A DNA stretch of 64,000 bases from Balanoglossus misakiensis (taxonomy: Eukaryota > Animalia > Hemichordata), in the NCBI GenBank assembly GCA_040954595.2, contig CM082586.2, positions 3,268,349 through 3,332,348 of the forward strand, written 5' to 3'. The position numbers were made by a program, and so were the translations under genes. The notes beneath the pieces were generated by a model that searched no databases, was not told the origin of the DNA, and saw nothing but the letters and a program-made list of their open reading frames with translations. Every line of letters starts with the position of its first letter. Positions within the stretch are counted from its first letter, which is position 1. Shown in pieces: positions 26,301-41,300 of the stretch.

Positions 26301-29300
26301 ACTACTGTCTCAGGTCCAACTACAACAACTGGTACAGGACCAAGTCCTACAGGCCCACCTGGTACAGGACCAAGTCCTACAGGCCCACCTGGTACAGGAC
26401 CAAGTCCAACAGGCCCACCTGGTACAGGACCAAGCCCAACAGGACCACCTGGTACAGGACCAAGTCCAACAACCACTACTGTTCCAGGGCCCACTCCCAC
26501 CACCACTACTGGCACAGGTCCATATCCTGGCACCACTACAGCTCCAGGACACACTCCGAGAATCACTACTGTCTCAGGTCCAACTACAACAACTGGTACA
26601 GGACCAAGCCCAACAGGCCCACCAGGTACAGGACCAAGCCCTACAACTACTACCTTTCCAGGACCGACTGCAACCACGACACTTGGTACAGGACCTGCTC
26701 CTACAACTACTAGTGGTACTGCACTGCCCCCTACTACAACTACTGGCCAAACAATCACCACTACATCTGTGCAACCAACAGGTAATCTCCTATAGAAATG
26801 ATATTGGTATGATGTTAAGTCAACTGCAAAAAAGATGATTTTTGATCGGACAAATACCTCCAAGATTTCATCTATAAACATTTAATAATGCAGCTAATGA
26901 AAATGAAAAAGTTTATATCATATTTATAAAGAAATAATTTCTGACACGTGAAATCAATATTACACTGTTGTATTCTTGTGCATTTCAGTAACATCTGAAA
27001 CACCTCCATACAATGAACCAGTACCTACAACACGTAAGTATTTGCATACTACATCAATAACTAACGGTAACAAGGATTATACGTGCTGTAAATATTGCGC
27101 TTGCTGAATTGCCAACAACCTCATAATGAACATTTTTCTATACGTAGAATTCATAATTTGATAGTTTTAATTTAACTCCAAAGAGAGCCATGAAATCCGT
27201 GAAAGGTGTTAACTTTGAACATGTATGGTAATTTAAAGAATATACATTATAGTTTTATAAAAATATCAAATACTACAACATGTCGTCTTATTCTTTAAAA
27301 GCTTGTCCTATATGTACTGATCCAAAGTGTCCGGATGGTCAATATCCAATCCATATTGGTGATGATGCATGCTGCCCAATGTATGAATGTCAACCCATGC
27401 CAAAGACAACAGCAGGTAATATAATCTTTTATTGAAGATAATTTGAAATTGTGTTTCTTTTCAATAACGGATTCTGTGCGGATAACAAATGGATTTAGTT
27501 ACATTTTGTATACCGGTATATACATATAGCTCACAAGACAGCTTTTGTGATTAGATTTATAAAGGTGAACAATTGAATGCAAGTCTGGTTCATATCATGA
27601 ATAAGGTCCAACAACCACTACTGTTTCAGGGCCCACTCCCACCACCACTACTGGCACAGGTCCATATCCTGGCACCACTACAGCTCCAGTACACACTCCC
27701 AGAATCACTACTGTCTCAGGTCCAACTACAACAACTGGTACAGGACCAAGCCCAACAGGACCACCTGGTACAGGACCAAGTCCAACAACCACTACTGTTC
27801 CAGGGCCCACTCCCACCACCACTACTGGCACAGGTCCATATCCTGGCACCACTACAGCTCCAGGACACACTCCGAGTATCACTACTGTCTCAGGTCCACC
27901 TACAACAACTGGTACAGGACCAAGTCCTACAGGCCCACCTGGTACAGGACCAAGTCCTACAGGCCAACCTGGTACAGGACCAAGTCCAACAGGCCCACCT
28001 GGTACAGGACCAAGCCCAACAGGACCACCTGGTACAGGACCAAGTCCAACAACCACTACTGTTCCAGGGCCCACTCCCACCACCACTACTGGCACAGGTC
28101 CATATCCTGGCACCACTACAGCTCCAGGACACACTCCGAGAATCACTACTGTCTCAGGTCCAACTACAACAACTGGTACAGGACCAAGTCCTACAGGCCC
28201 ACCTGGTACAGGACCAAGTCCAACAACCACTACTGTTCCAGGGCCCACTCCCACCACCACTACTGGCACAGGTCCATATCCTGGCACCACTACAGCTCCA
28301 GGACACACTCCGAGAATCACTACTGTCTCAGGTCCAACTACAACAACTGGTACAGGACCAAGTCCTACGGGACCACCAGGTACAGGACCAAGCCCAACAG
28401 GCCCACCAGGTACAGGACCAAGCCCTACAACCACTACCTTTCCAGGACCGACTGCAACCACGACACTTGGTACAGGACCTGCTCCTACAACTACTAGTGG
28501 TACTGCACTGCCCCCTACTACAACTACTGGCCAAATAATCACCACTGCATCTGTGCAACCAACAGGTAATCTCCTTTAGAAATGATATTGTCATGATGTT
28601 AAGTCAACTACATAAAAGATGATTTATGATCTAACAAATACCGTCAAGATTTCATCTTTAAACATGGCAGAATGCAGCTTATTAAAATGAAGTCATAAGA
28701 GGTTTATATCATATTTATAAAGAAATAATTTCTGACACATGAAATCAATATTACACTGTTGTATTCTTGTGCATTTCAGTAACATCTGAAACACCTCCAT
28801 ACAATGAACCAGTACCTACAACACGTAAGTATTTGCATACTGCATCAATTACTAACAGTTTACTAATAGTTTTAATTTAACTCCAAAGAGAGAACCATGA
28901 GTGAAAGTTGTTAATTTTGAACATGGTAAACCAAAGAATTTACATTATAGTGTGATAAAATATTATGGCAACAGCTGGACCAAATACTACAACATGTGAT
29001 CTTATTCTTTAAAAGCTTGTCCTATATGTACTGATCCAAAGTGTCCGGATGATCAATATCCAATCCATATTGGTGATGATGCATGCTGTCCAATGTACGA
29101 ATGTCGACCCACGCCAAAGACAACAGCAGGTAATAAAATCTTTAATTGAAGTTAATTTGAAATTCAGTTTCTTTTCAAAAAGGGATTCTGTGTGGATAAC
29201 AAAGCTTCACATTATACTGAGATATATTATTGTATGACTATTTCACAGGTCCGTTGCCTACCACTACAATTGGTACACGTCCAGCCACTAGTCCAGGAGA

Positions 29301-32300
29301 AACCCCTAGCAGCAGTACAGTTTCAGGTCCAACTACCACAACAGGCACCGGAGTAGTTCCTACAGGCTCACCTGGTACAGGACCAAGCCCAACAGGACCA
29401 CCTGGTACAGGACCAAGTCCAACAACCACTACTGTTCCAGGGCCGTCTCCCACCACCACAACAGGCACAGGTCCATACCCTGGCACCACTACAGCTCCAG
29501 GACACACTCCGAGTATCACTACTGTCTCAGGTCCAACTACAACAACTGGTACAGGACCAAGCCCAACAGGACCACCTGGTACAGGACCAAGTCCAACAAC
29601 CACTACTGTTCCAGGGCCCACTCCCACCACCACTACTGGCACAGGTCCATATCCTGGCACCACTACAGCTCCAGGACACACTCCTAGAATCACTACTGTC
29701 TCAGGTCCAACTACAACAACTGGTACAGGACCAAGTCCTACAGGCCCACCTGGTACAGGACCAAGTCCAACAACCACTACTGTTCCAGGGCCCACTCCCA
29801 CCACCACTACTGGCACAGGTCCATATCCTGGCACCACTACAGCTCCAGGACACACTCCGAGAATCACTACTGTCTCAGGTCCAACTACAACAACTGGTAC
29901 AGGACCAAGTCCTACAGGACCACCAGGTACAGGACCAAGCCCAACAGGCCCACCAGGTACAGGACCAAGCCCTACAACTACTACCTTTCCAGGACCGACT
30001 GCAACCACGACACTTGGTACAGGACCTGCTCCTACAACTACTAGTGGTACTGCACTGCCCCCTACTACAACTACTGGCCAAACAATCACCACTACATCTG
30101 TGCAACCAACAGGTAATCTCCTTTAGAAATTATATTGTCATGATTTTAAGTCAACTGTATAAAAGATGATTTTTGATCTGACAAATACCGTCAAGATTTC
30201 ATCTTTAAACGTGGCAGAATGCAGCTTATTAAAATGAAGTCATAAGAGGTTTATATCATATTTATAAAGAAATAATTTCTGACACATGAAATCAATATTA
30301 CACTGTTGTATTCTTGTGCATTTCAGTAACATCTGAAACACCTCCATACAATGAACCAGTACCTACAACACGTAAGTATTTGCATACTGCATCAATTACT
30401 AACGGTTTACTAATAGTTTTAATTTAACTCCAAAGAGAGAACCATGAGTGAAAGTTGTTAATTTTGAACATGGTAAATCAAAGAATTTACATTATAGTGT
30501 GATAAAATATTATGGCAACAGCTGGACCAAATACTACAACATGTGATCTTATTCTTTAAAAGCTTGTCCTATATGTACTGATCCAAAGTGTCCGGATGAT
30601 CAATATCCAATCCATATTGGTGATGATGCATGCTGTCCAATGTACGAATGTCGACCCACGCCAAAGACAACAGCAGGTAATAAAATCTTTAATTGAAGTT
30701 AATTTGAAATTCAGTTTCTTTTCAAAAAGGGATTCTGTGTGGATAACAAAGCTTCACATTATACTGAGATATATTATTGTATGACTATTTCACAGGTCCG
30801 TTGCCTACCACTACAATTGGTACACGTCCAGCCACTAGTCCAGGAGAAACCCCTAGCAGCAGTACAGTTTCAGGTCCAACTACCACAACAGGCACCGGAG
30901 TAGTTCCTACAGGCTCACCTGGTACAGGACCAAGCCCAACAGGACCACCTGGTACAGGACCAAGTCCAACAACCACTACTGTTCCAGGGCCGTCTCCCAC
31001 CACCACAACAGGCACAGGTCCATACCCTGGCACCACTACAGCTCCAGGACACACTCCGAGTATCACTACTGTCTCAGGTCCACCTACAACAACTGGTACA
31101 GGACCAAGCCCAACAGGACCACCTGGTACAGGACCAAGTCCAACAACCACTACTGTTCCAGGGCCCACTCCCACCACCACTACTGGCACAGGTCCATATC
31201 CTGGCACCACTACAGCTCCAGGACACACTCCTAGAATCACTACTGTCTCAGGTCCAACTACAACAACTGGTACAGGACCAAGTCCTACAGGCCCACCTGG
31301 TACAGGACCAAGTCCAACAACCACTACTGTTCCAGGGCCGTCTCCCACCACCACAACAGGCACAGGTCCATACCCTGGCACCACTACAGCTCCAGGACAC
31401 ACTCCGAGTATTACTACTGTCTCAGGTCCAACTACAACAACTGGTACAGGACCAAGCCCAACAGGACCACCTGGTACAGGACCAAGTCCAACAACCACTA
31501 CTGTTCCAGGGCCCACTCCCACCACCACTACTGGCACAGGTCCATATCCTGGCACCACTACAGCTCCAGGACACACTCCTAGAATCACTACTGTCTCAGG
31601 TCCAACTACAACAACTGGTACAGGACCAAGTCCTACAGGCCCACCTGGTACAGGACCAAGTCCAACAACCACTACTGTTCCAGGGCCCACTCCCACCACC
31701 ACTACTGGCACAGGTCCATATCCTGGCACCACTACAGCTCCAGGACACACTCCTAGAATCACTACTGTCTCAGGTCCAACTACAACAACTGGTACAGGAC
31801 CAAGCCCAACAGGCCCACCAGGTACAGGACCAAGCCCTACAACTACTACCTTTCCAGGACCGACTGCAACCACGACACTTGGTACAGGACCTGCTCCTAC
31901 AACTACTAGTGGTACTGCACTGCCCCCTACTACAACTACTGGCCAAACAATCACCACTACATCTGTGCAACCAACAGGTAATCTCCTTTAGAAATTATAT
32001 TGTCATGATTTTAAGTCAACTGTATAAAAGATGATTTTTGATCTGACAAATACCGTCAAGATTTCATCTTTAAACGTGGCAGAATGCAGCTTATTAAAAT
32101 GAAGTCATAAGAGGTTTATATCATATTTATAAAGAAATAATTTCTGACACATGAAATCAATATTACACTGTTGTATTCTTGTGCATTTCAGTAACATCTG
32201 AAACACCTCCATACAATGAACCAGTACCTACAACACGTAAGTATTTGCATACTGCATCAATTACTAACGGTTTACTAATAGTTTTAATTTAACTCCAAAG

Positions 32301-35300
32301 AGAGAACCATGAGTGAAAGTTGTTAATTTTGAACATGGTAAATCAAAGAATTTACATTATAGTGTGATAAAATATTATGGCAACAGCTGGACCAAATACT
32401 ACAACATGTGATCTTATTCTTTAAAAGCTTGTCCTATATGTACTGATCCAAAGTGTCCGGATGATCAATATCCAATCCATATTGGTGATGATGCATGCTG
32501 TCCAATGTACGAATGTCGACCCATGCCAAAGACAACAGCAGGTAATAAAATCTTTAATTGAAGTTAATTTGAAATTCAGTTTCTTTTCAAAAAGGGATTC
32601 TGTGTGGATAACAAAGCTTCACATTATACTGAGATATATTATTGTATGACTATTTCACAGGTCCGTTGCCTACCACTACAATTGGTACACGTCCAGCCAC
32701 TAGTCCAGGAGAAACCCCTAGCAGCAGTACAGTTTCAGGTCCAACTACCACAACAGGCACCGGAGTAGTTCCTACAGGCTCACCTGGTACAGGACCAAGC
32801 CCAACAGGACCACCTGGTACAGGACCAAGTCCAACAACCACTACTGTTCCAGGGCCGTCTCCCACCACCACAACAGGCACAGGTCCATACCCTGGCACCA
32901 CTACAGCTCCAGGACACACTCCGAGTATCACTACTGTCTCAGGTCCAACTACAACAACTGGTACAGGACCAAGCCCAACAGGACCACCTGGTACAGGACC
33001 AAGTCCAACAACCACTACTGTTCCAGGGCCCACTCCCACCACCACTACTGGCACAGGTCCATATCCTGGCACCACTACAGCTCCAGGACACACTCCTAGA
33101 ATCACTACTGTCTCAGGTCCAACTACAACAACTGGTACAGGACCAAGTCCTACAGGCCCACCTGGTACAGGACCAAGTCCAACAACCACTACTGTTCCAG
33201 GGCCCACTCCCACCACCACTACTGGCACAGGTCCATATCCTGGCACCACTACAGCTCCAGGACACACTCCGAGAATCACTACTGTCTCAGGTCCAACTAC
33301 AACAACTGGTACAGGACCAAGTCCTACAGGACCACCAGGTACAGGACTAAGCCCAACAGGCCCACCAGGTACAGGACCAAGCCCTACAACTACTACCTTT
33401 CCAGGACCGACTGCAACCACGACACTTGGTACAGGACCTGCTCCTACAACTACTAGTGGTACTGCACTGCCCCCTACTACAACTACTGGCCAAACAATCA
33501 CCACTACATCTGTGCAACCAACAGGTAATCTCCTTTAGAAATTATATTGTCATGATTTTAAGTCAACTGTATAAAAGATGATTTTTGATCTGACAAATAC
33601 CGTCAAGATTTCATCTTTAAACGTGGCAGAATGCAGCTTATTAAAATGAAGTCATAAGAGGTTTATATCATATTTATAAAGAAATAATTTCTGACACATG
33701 AAATCAATATTACACTGTTGTATTCTTGTGCATTTCAGTAACATCTGAAACACCTCCATACAATGAACCAGTACCTACAACACGTAAGTATTTGCATACT
33801 GCATCAATTACTAACGGTTTACTAATAGTTTTAATTTAACTCCAAAGAGAGAACCATGAGTGAAAGTTGTTAATTTTGAACATGGTAAATCAAAGAATTT
33901 ACATTGTAGTGTGATAAAATATTATGACAACAGCTGGACCAAATACTACAACATGTGATCTTATTCTTTAAAAGCTTGTCCTATATGTACTGATCCAAAG
34001 TGTCCGGATGATCAATATCCAATCCATATTGGTGATGATGCATGCTGTCCAATGTACGAATGTCGACCCACGCCAAAGACAACAGCAGGTAATAAAATCT
34101 TTAATTGAAGTTAATTTGAAATTCAGTTTCTTTTCATAAAGGGATTCTGTGTGGATAACAAAGCTTCACATTATACTGAGATATATTATTGTATGACTAT
34201 TTCACAGGTCCGTTGCCTACCACTACAATTGGTACACGTCCAGCCACTAGTCCAGGAGAAACCCCTAGCAGCAGTACAGTTTCAGGTCCAACTACCACAA
34301 CAGGCACCGGAGTAGTTCCTACAGGCCCACCTGGTACAGGACCAAGCCCAACAGGACCACCTGGTACAGGACCAAGTCCAACAACCACTACTGTTCCAGG
34401 GCCGTCTCCCACCACCACAACAGGCACAGGTCCATACCCTGGCACCACTACAGCTCCAGGACACACTCCGAGTATTACTACTGTCTCAGGTCCAACTACA
34501 ACAACTGGTACAGGACCAAGCCCAACAGGACCACCTGGTACAGGACCAAGTCCAACAACCACTACTGTTCGAGGGCCCACTCCCACCACCACTACTGGCA
34601 CAGGTCCATATCCTGGCACCACTACAGCTCCAGGACACACTCCTAGAATCACTACTGTCTCAGGTCCAACTACAACAACTGGTACAGGACCAAGTCCTAC
34701 AGGCCCACCTGGTACAGGACCAAGTCCAACAACCACTACTGTTCCAGGGCCCACTCCCACCACCACTACTGGCACAGGTCCATATCCTGGCACCACTACA
34801 GCTCCAGGACACACTCCTAGAATCACTACTGTCTCAGGTCCAACTACAACAACTGGTACAGGACCAAGCCCAACAGGCCCACCAGGTACAGGACCAAGCC
34901 CTACAACTACTACCTTTCCAGGACCGACTGCAACCACGACACTTGGTACAGGACCTGCTCCTACAACTACTAGTGGTACTGCACTGCCCCCTACTACAAC
35001 TACTGGCCAAACAATCACCACTACATCTGTGCAACCAACAGGTAATCTCCTTTAGAAATTATATTGTCATGATTTTAAGTCAACTGTATAAAAGATGATT
35101 TTTGATCTGACAAATACCGTCAAGATTTCATCTTTAAACGTGGCAGAATGCAGCTTATTAAAATGAAGTCATAAGAGGTTTATATCATATTTATAAAGGA
35201 ATAATTTCTGACACATGAAATCAATATTACACTGTTGTATTCTTGTGCATTTCAGTAACATCTGAAACACCTCCATACAATGAACCAGTACCTACAACAC

Positions 35301-38300
35301 GTAAGTATTTGCATACTGCATCAATTACTAACGGTTTACTAATAGTTTTAATTTAACTCCAAAGAGAGAACCATGAGTGAAAGTTGTTAATTTTGAACAT
35401 GGTAAATCAAAGAATTTACATTGTAGTGTGATAAAATATTATGACAACAGCTGGACCAAATACTACAACATGTGATCTTATTCTTTAAAAGCTTGTCCTA
35501 TATGTACTGATCCAAAGTGTCCGGATGATCAATATCCAATCCATATTGGTGATGATGCATGCTGTCCAATGTACGAATGTCGACCCACGCCAAAGACAAC
35601 AGCAGGTAATAAAATCTTTAATTGAAGTTAATTTGAAATTCAGTTTCTTTTCATAAAGGGATTCTGTGTGGATAACAAAGCTTCACATTATACTGAGATA
35701 TATTATTGTATGACTATTTCACAGGTCCGTTGCCTACCACTACAATTGGTACACGTCCAGCCACTAGTCCAGGAGAAACCCCTAGCAGCAGTACAGTTTC
35801 AGGTCCAACTACCACAACAGGCACCGGAGTAGTTCCTACAGGCCCACCTGGTACAGGACCAAGCCCAACAGGACCACCTGGTACAGGACCAAGTCCAACA
35901 ACCACTACTGTTCCAGGGCCGTCTCCCACCACCACAACAGGCACAGGTCCATACCCTGGCACCACTACAGCTCCAGGACACACTCCGAGTATCACTACTG
36001 TCTCAGGTCCAACTACAACAACTGGTACAGGACCAAGCCCAACAGGACCACCTGGTACAGGACCAAGTCCAACAACCACTACTGTTCCAGGGCCCACTCC
36101 CACCACCACTACTGGCACAGGTCCATATCCTGGCACCACTACAGCTTCAGGACACACTCCTAGAATCACTACTGTCTCAGGTCCAACTGCAACAACTGGT
36201 ACAGGACCAAGTCCTACAGGCCCACCTGGTACAGGACCAAGTCCAACAACCACTACTGTTCCAGGGCCCACTCCCACCACCACTACTGGCACAGGTCCAT
36301 ATCCTGGCACCACTACAGCTCCAGGACACACTCCAAGAATCACTACTGTCTCAGGTCCAACTACAACAACTGGTACAGGACCAAGTCCTACAGGACCACC
36401 AGGTACAGGACCAAGCCCAACAGGCCCACCAGGTACAGGACCAAGCCCTACAACTACTACCTTTCCAGGACCGACTGCAACCACGACACTTGGTACAGGA
36501 CCTGCTCCTACAACTACTAGTGGTACTGCACTGCCCCCTACTACAACTACTGGCCAAACAATCACCACTACATCTGTGCAACCAACAGGTAATCTCCTTT
36601 AGAAATTATATTGTCATGATTTTAAGTCAACTGTATAAAAGATGATTTTTGATCTGACAAATACCGTCAAGATTTCATCTTTAAACGTGGCAGAATGCCG
36701 CTTATTAAAATGAAGTCATAAGAGGTTTATATCATATTTATATAGAAATAATTTCTGACACATGAAATCAATATTACACTGTTGTATTCTTGTGCATTTC
36801 AGTAACATCTGAAACACCTCCATACAATGAACCAGTACCTACAACACGTAAGTATTTGCATACTGCATCAATTACTAACGGTTTACTAATAGTTTTAATT
36901 TAACTCCAAAGAGAGAACCATGAGTGAAAGTTGTTAATTTTGAACATGGTAAATCAAAGAATTTACATTGTAGTGTGATAATATATTATGGCAACAGCTG
37001 GACCAAATACTACAACATGTGATCTTATTCTTTAAAAGCTTGTCCTATATGTACTGATCCAAAGTGTCCGGATGATCAATATCCAATCCATATTGGTGAT
37101 GATGCATGCTGTCCAATGTACGAATGTCGACCCACGCCAAAGACAACAGCAGGTAATAAAATCTTTAATTGAAGTTAATTTGAAATTCAGTTTCTTTTCA
37201 AAAAGGGATTCTGTGTGGATAACAAAGCTTCACATTATACTGAGATATATTATTGTATGACTATTTCACAGGTCCGTTGCCTACCACTACAATTGGTACA
37301 CGTCCAGCCACTAGTCCAGGAGAAACCCCTAGCAGCAGTACAGTTTCAGGTCCAACTACCACCACAGGCACCGGAGTAGTTCCAACAGGCCCACCTGGTA
37401 CAGGACCAAGCCCAACAAGACCACCTGGTACAGGACCAAGTCCAACAACCACTTCTGTTCCAGGGCCGTCTCCCACCACCACAACAGGCACAGGTCCATA
37501 CCCTGGCACCACTACAGCTCCAGGACACACTCCGAGTATCACTACTGTCTCAGGTCCAACTACAACAACTGGTACAGGACCAAGCCCAACAGGACCACCT
37601 GGTACAGGACCAAGTCCAACAACCACTACTGTTCCAGGGCCCACTCCCACCACCACTACTGGCACAGGTCCATATCCTGGCACCACTACAGCTCCAGGAC
37701 ACACTCCTAGAATCACTACTGTCTCAGGTCCAACTACAACAACTGGTACAGGACCAAGTCCTACAGGCCCACCTGGTACAGGACCAAGTCCAACAACCAC
37801 TACTGTTCCAGGGCCCACTCCCACCACCACTACTGGCACAGGTCCATATCCTGGCACCACTACAGCTCCAGGACACACTCCGAGAATCACTACTGTCTCA
37901 GGTCCAACTACAACAACTGGTACAGGACCAAGTCCTACAGGACCACCAGGTACAGGACCAAGCCCAACAGGCCCACCAGGTACAGGACCAAGCCCTACAA
38001 CTACTACCTTTCCAGGACCGACTGCAACCACGACACTTGGTACAGGACCTGCTCCTACAACTACTAGTGGTACAGCACTGCCCCCTACTACAACTACTGG
38101 CCAAACAATCACCACTACATCTGTGCAACCAACAGGTAATCTCCTTTAGAAATTATATTGTCATGATTTTAAGTCAACTGTATAAAAGATGATTTTTGAT
38201 CTGACAAATACCGTCAAGATTTCATCTTTAAACGTGGCAGAATGCAGATGAATAAAATGAAGTCATAAGAGGTTTATATCATATTTATAAAGAAATAATT

Positions 38301-41300
38301 TCTGACACATGAAATCAATATTACACTGTTGTATTCTTGTGCATTTCAGTAACATCTGAAACACCTCCATACAATGAACCAGTACCTACAACACGTAAGT
38401 ATTTACATACTGCATCAATTACTAATGGTAACAAGGATTATATGTGCTGTAAATATTGTGCTTGCTGAATTGCCAACAACCTCATAATGAAAATTTTTCT
38501 ATACGTAGAATTTATAATTTGATAGTTTTAATTTGACTCCAAAGAGAGAGCCATGAGTGAAAGTTGTTAATTTTGAACATGGTAAATTAAAGAATATACA
38601 TTATAGTGTGATAAAATATTATGGCAACAGCTGGACCAAATACTACAACATGTGATCTTATTCTTTAAAAGCTTGTCCTATATGTACTGATCCAAAGTGT
38701 CCGGATGATCAATATCCAATCCATATTGGTGATGATGCATGCTGTCCAATGTACGAATGTCGACCCACGCCAAAGACAACAGCAGGTAATAAAATCTTTA
38801 ATTGAAGTTAATTTGAAATTCAGTTTCTTTTCAATAAGGGATTCTGTGTGGATTACAAAGATTTACATACTAGTGAGATATATTATTGTATGACTGTTTC
38901 ACAGGTCCGTTGCCTACCACTACAATTGGTACACGTCCAGCCACTAGTCCAGGAGAAACCCCTAGCAGCAGTACAGTTTCAGGTCCAACCACCACAACAG
39001 GCACAGGAGTAGTTCCTACAGGCCCACCTGGCACAGGACCAAGCCCAACAGGCCCACCTGGTACAGGACCAAGTCCTACAGGCCCACCTGGTACAGGACC
39101 TAGTCCAACAACCACTACTGTTCCAGGGCCCACTCCCACCACCACAACTGGCACAGGTCCATACCCTGGCACCACTACAGCTCCAGGACACACTCCTAGA
39201 ATCACTACTGTCTCAGGTCCAACTACAACAACTGGTACAGGACCAAGTCCTACAGGCCCACCTGGTACAGGACCAAGTCCAACAACCACTACTGTTCCAG
39301 GGCCGACTCCCACCACCACTACTGGCACAGGTCCATATCCTGGAACCACTACAGCTCCAGGACACACTCCGAGAATCACTACTGTCTCAGGTCCAATTAC
39401 AACAACTGGTACAGGACCGAGTCCTACAGGACCACCAGGTACAGGACCAAGCCCAACAGGCCCACCAGGTACAGGACCAGGCCCTACAACTACTACCTTT
39501 CCAGGACCGACTGCAACCACGACACTTGGTACAGGACCTGCTCCTACAACTACTAGTGGTACTGCACTGCCCCCTACTACAACTACTGGCCAAACAATCA
39601 CCACTACATCTCTGCAACCAACAGGTAATCTCCTTTAGATATGATATTTCATGATGTTAAGTCAATTGCATAAAAGATGATTTTGATCTAACAAATACCG
39701 TCAAGATTTCATCTTTAAACGTGGCAGAATGCAGCTAATTAAAATGAAGTCACAAGAGGTTTATATCATATTTATAAAGAAATAATTTTGGACACATGAA
39801 ATCAATATTACACTGTTGTATTCTTGTGCATTTCAGTAACATCTGAAACACCTCCATACAATGAACCAGTACCTACAACACGTAAGTATTTGCATACTGC
39901 ATCAATTACTAACGGTAACAAGGATTATACGTGCTGTAAATATTGCGCTTGCTGAATTGCCAACAACATGATAATGAATATTTTTCTATACGTAGAATTT
40001 ATAATTTGATAGTTTTAATTTAACTCCAAAGAGAGAGCCATGAGTGAAAGTTGTTAATTTTGAACATGGTAAATTAAAGAATATACATTATAGTGTGATA
40101 AAATTTTATGGCAATAGCTGGACCAAATACTACAACATGTGGTCTTATTCTTTAAAAGCTTGTCCTATATGTACTGATCCAAAGTGTCCGGATGATCAAT
40201 ATCCAATCCATATTGGTGATGATGCATGCTGTCCAATGTACGAATGTCGACCCACGCCAAAGACAACAGCAGGTAATAAAATCTTTAATTGAAGTTAATT
40301 TGAAATTCAGTTTCTTTTCAAAAAGGGATTCTGTGTGGATAACAAAGATTTACATACTAGTGAGATATATTATTGTATGACTGTTTCACAGGTCCGTTGC
40401 CTACCACTACAATTGGTACACGTCCAGCCACTAGTCCAGGAGAAACCCCTAGCAGCAGTACAGTTTCAGGTCCAACTACCACAACAGGCACAGGAGTAGT
40501 TCCTACAGGCCCACCTGGTACGGGACCAAGCCCAACAGGCCCACCTGGTACAGGACCAAGTCCTACAGGCCCACCTGGTACAGGACCAAGTCCAACAACC
40601 ACTACTGTTCCAGGGCCCACTCCCACCACCACTACTGGCACAGGTCCTTACCCTGGCACCACTACAGCTCCAGGACACACTCCAATAATCACTACTGTCT
40701 CAGGTCCAATTACAACAACTGGTACAGGACCAAGCCCAACAGGCCCACCTGGTACAGGACCAAGTCCAACAACCACTACTGTTCCAGGGCCCACTCCCAC
40801 CACCACAACTGGCACAGGTCCATACCCTGGCACCACTACAGCTCCAGGACACACTCCTAGAATCACTACTGTATCAGGTCCAACTACAACAACTGGTACA
40901 GGACCAAGCCCAACAGGCCCACCTGGTACAGGACCAAGTCCAACAACCACTACTGTTCCAGGGCCCACTCCCACCACCACTACTGGCACAGGTCCATATC
41001 CTGCCACCACTACAGCTCCAGGACACACTCCTAGAATTACTACTGCCTCAGGTCCAACTACAACAACTGGTACAGGACCAAGTCCTACAGGACCACCAGG
41101 TACAGGACCAAGTCCTACAGGACCACCAGGTACGGGGCCAAGCCCTACAACTACTACCTTTCCAGGACCGACTGCAACTTCTGTTGCTGGACCTACTCCA
41201 ACCACTACAACTGGTACAGGACCAACACCTACCACCACTACTGTACCAGGTCCTATATCAACCACTTTAGAAAGTAGCCAACCTCCTGCAACAGAGATTC

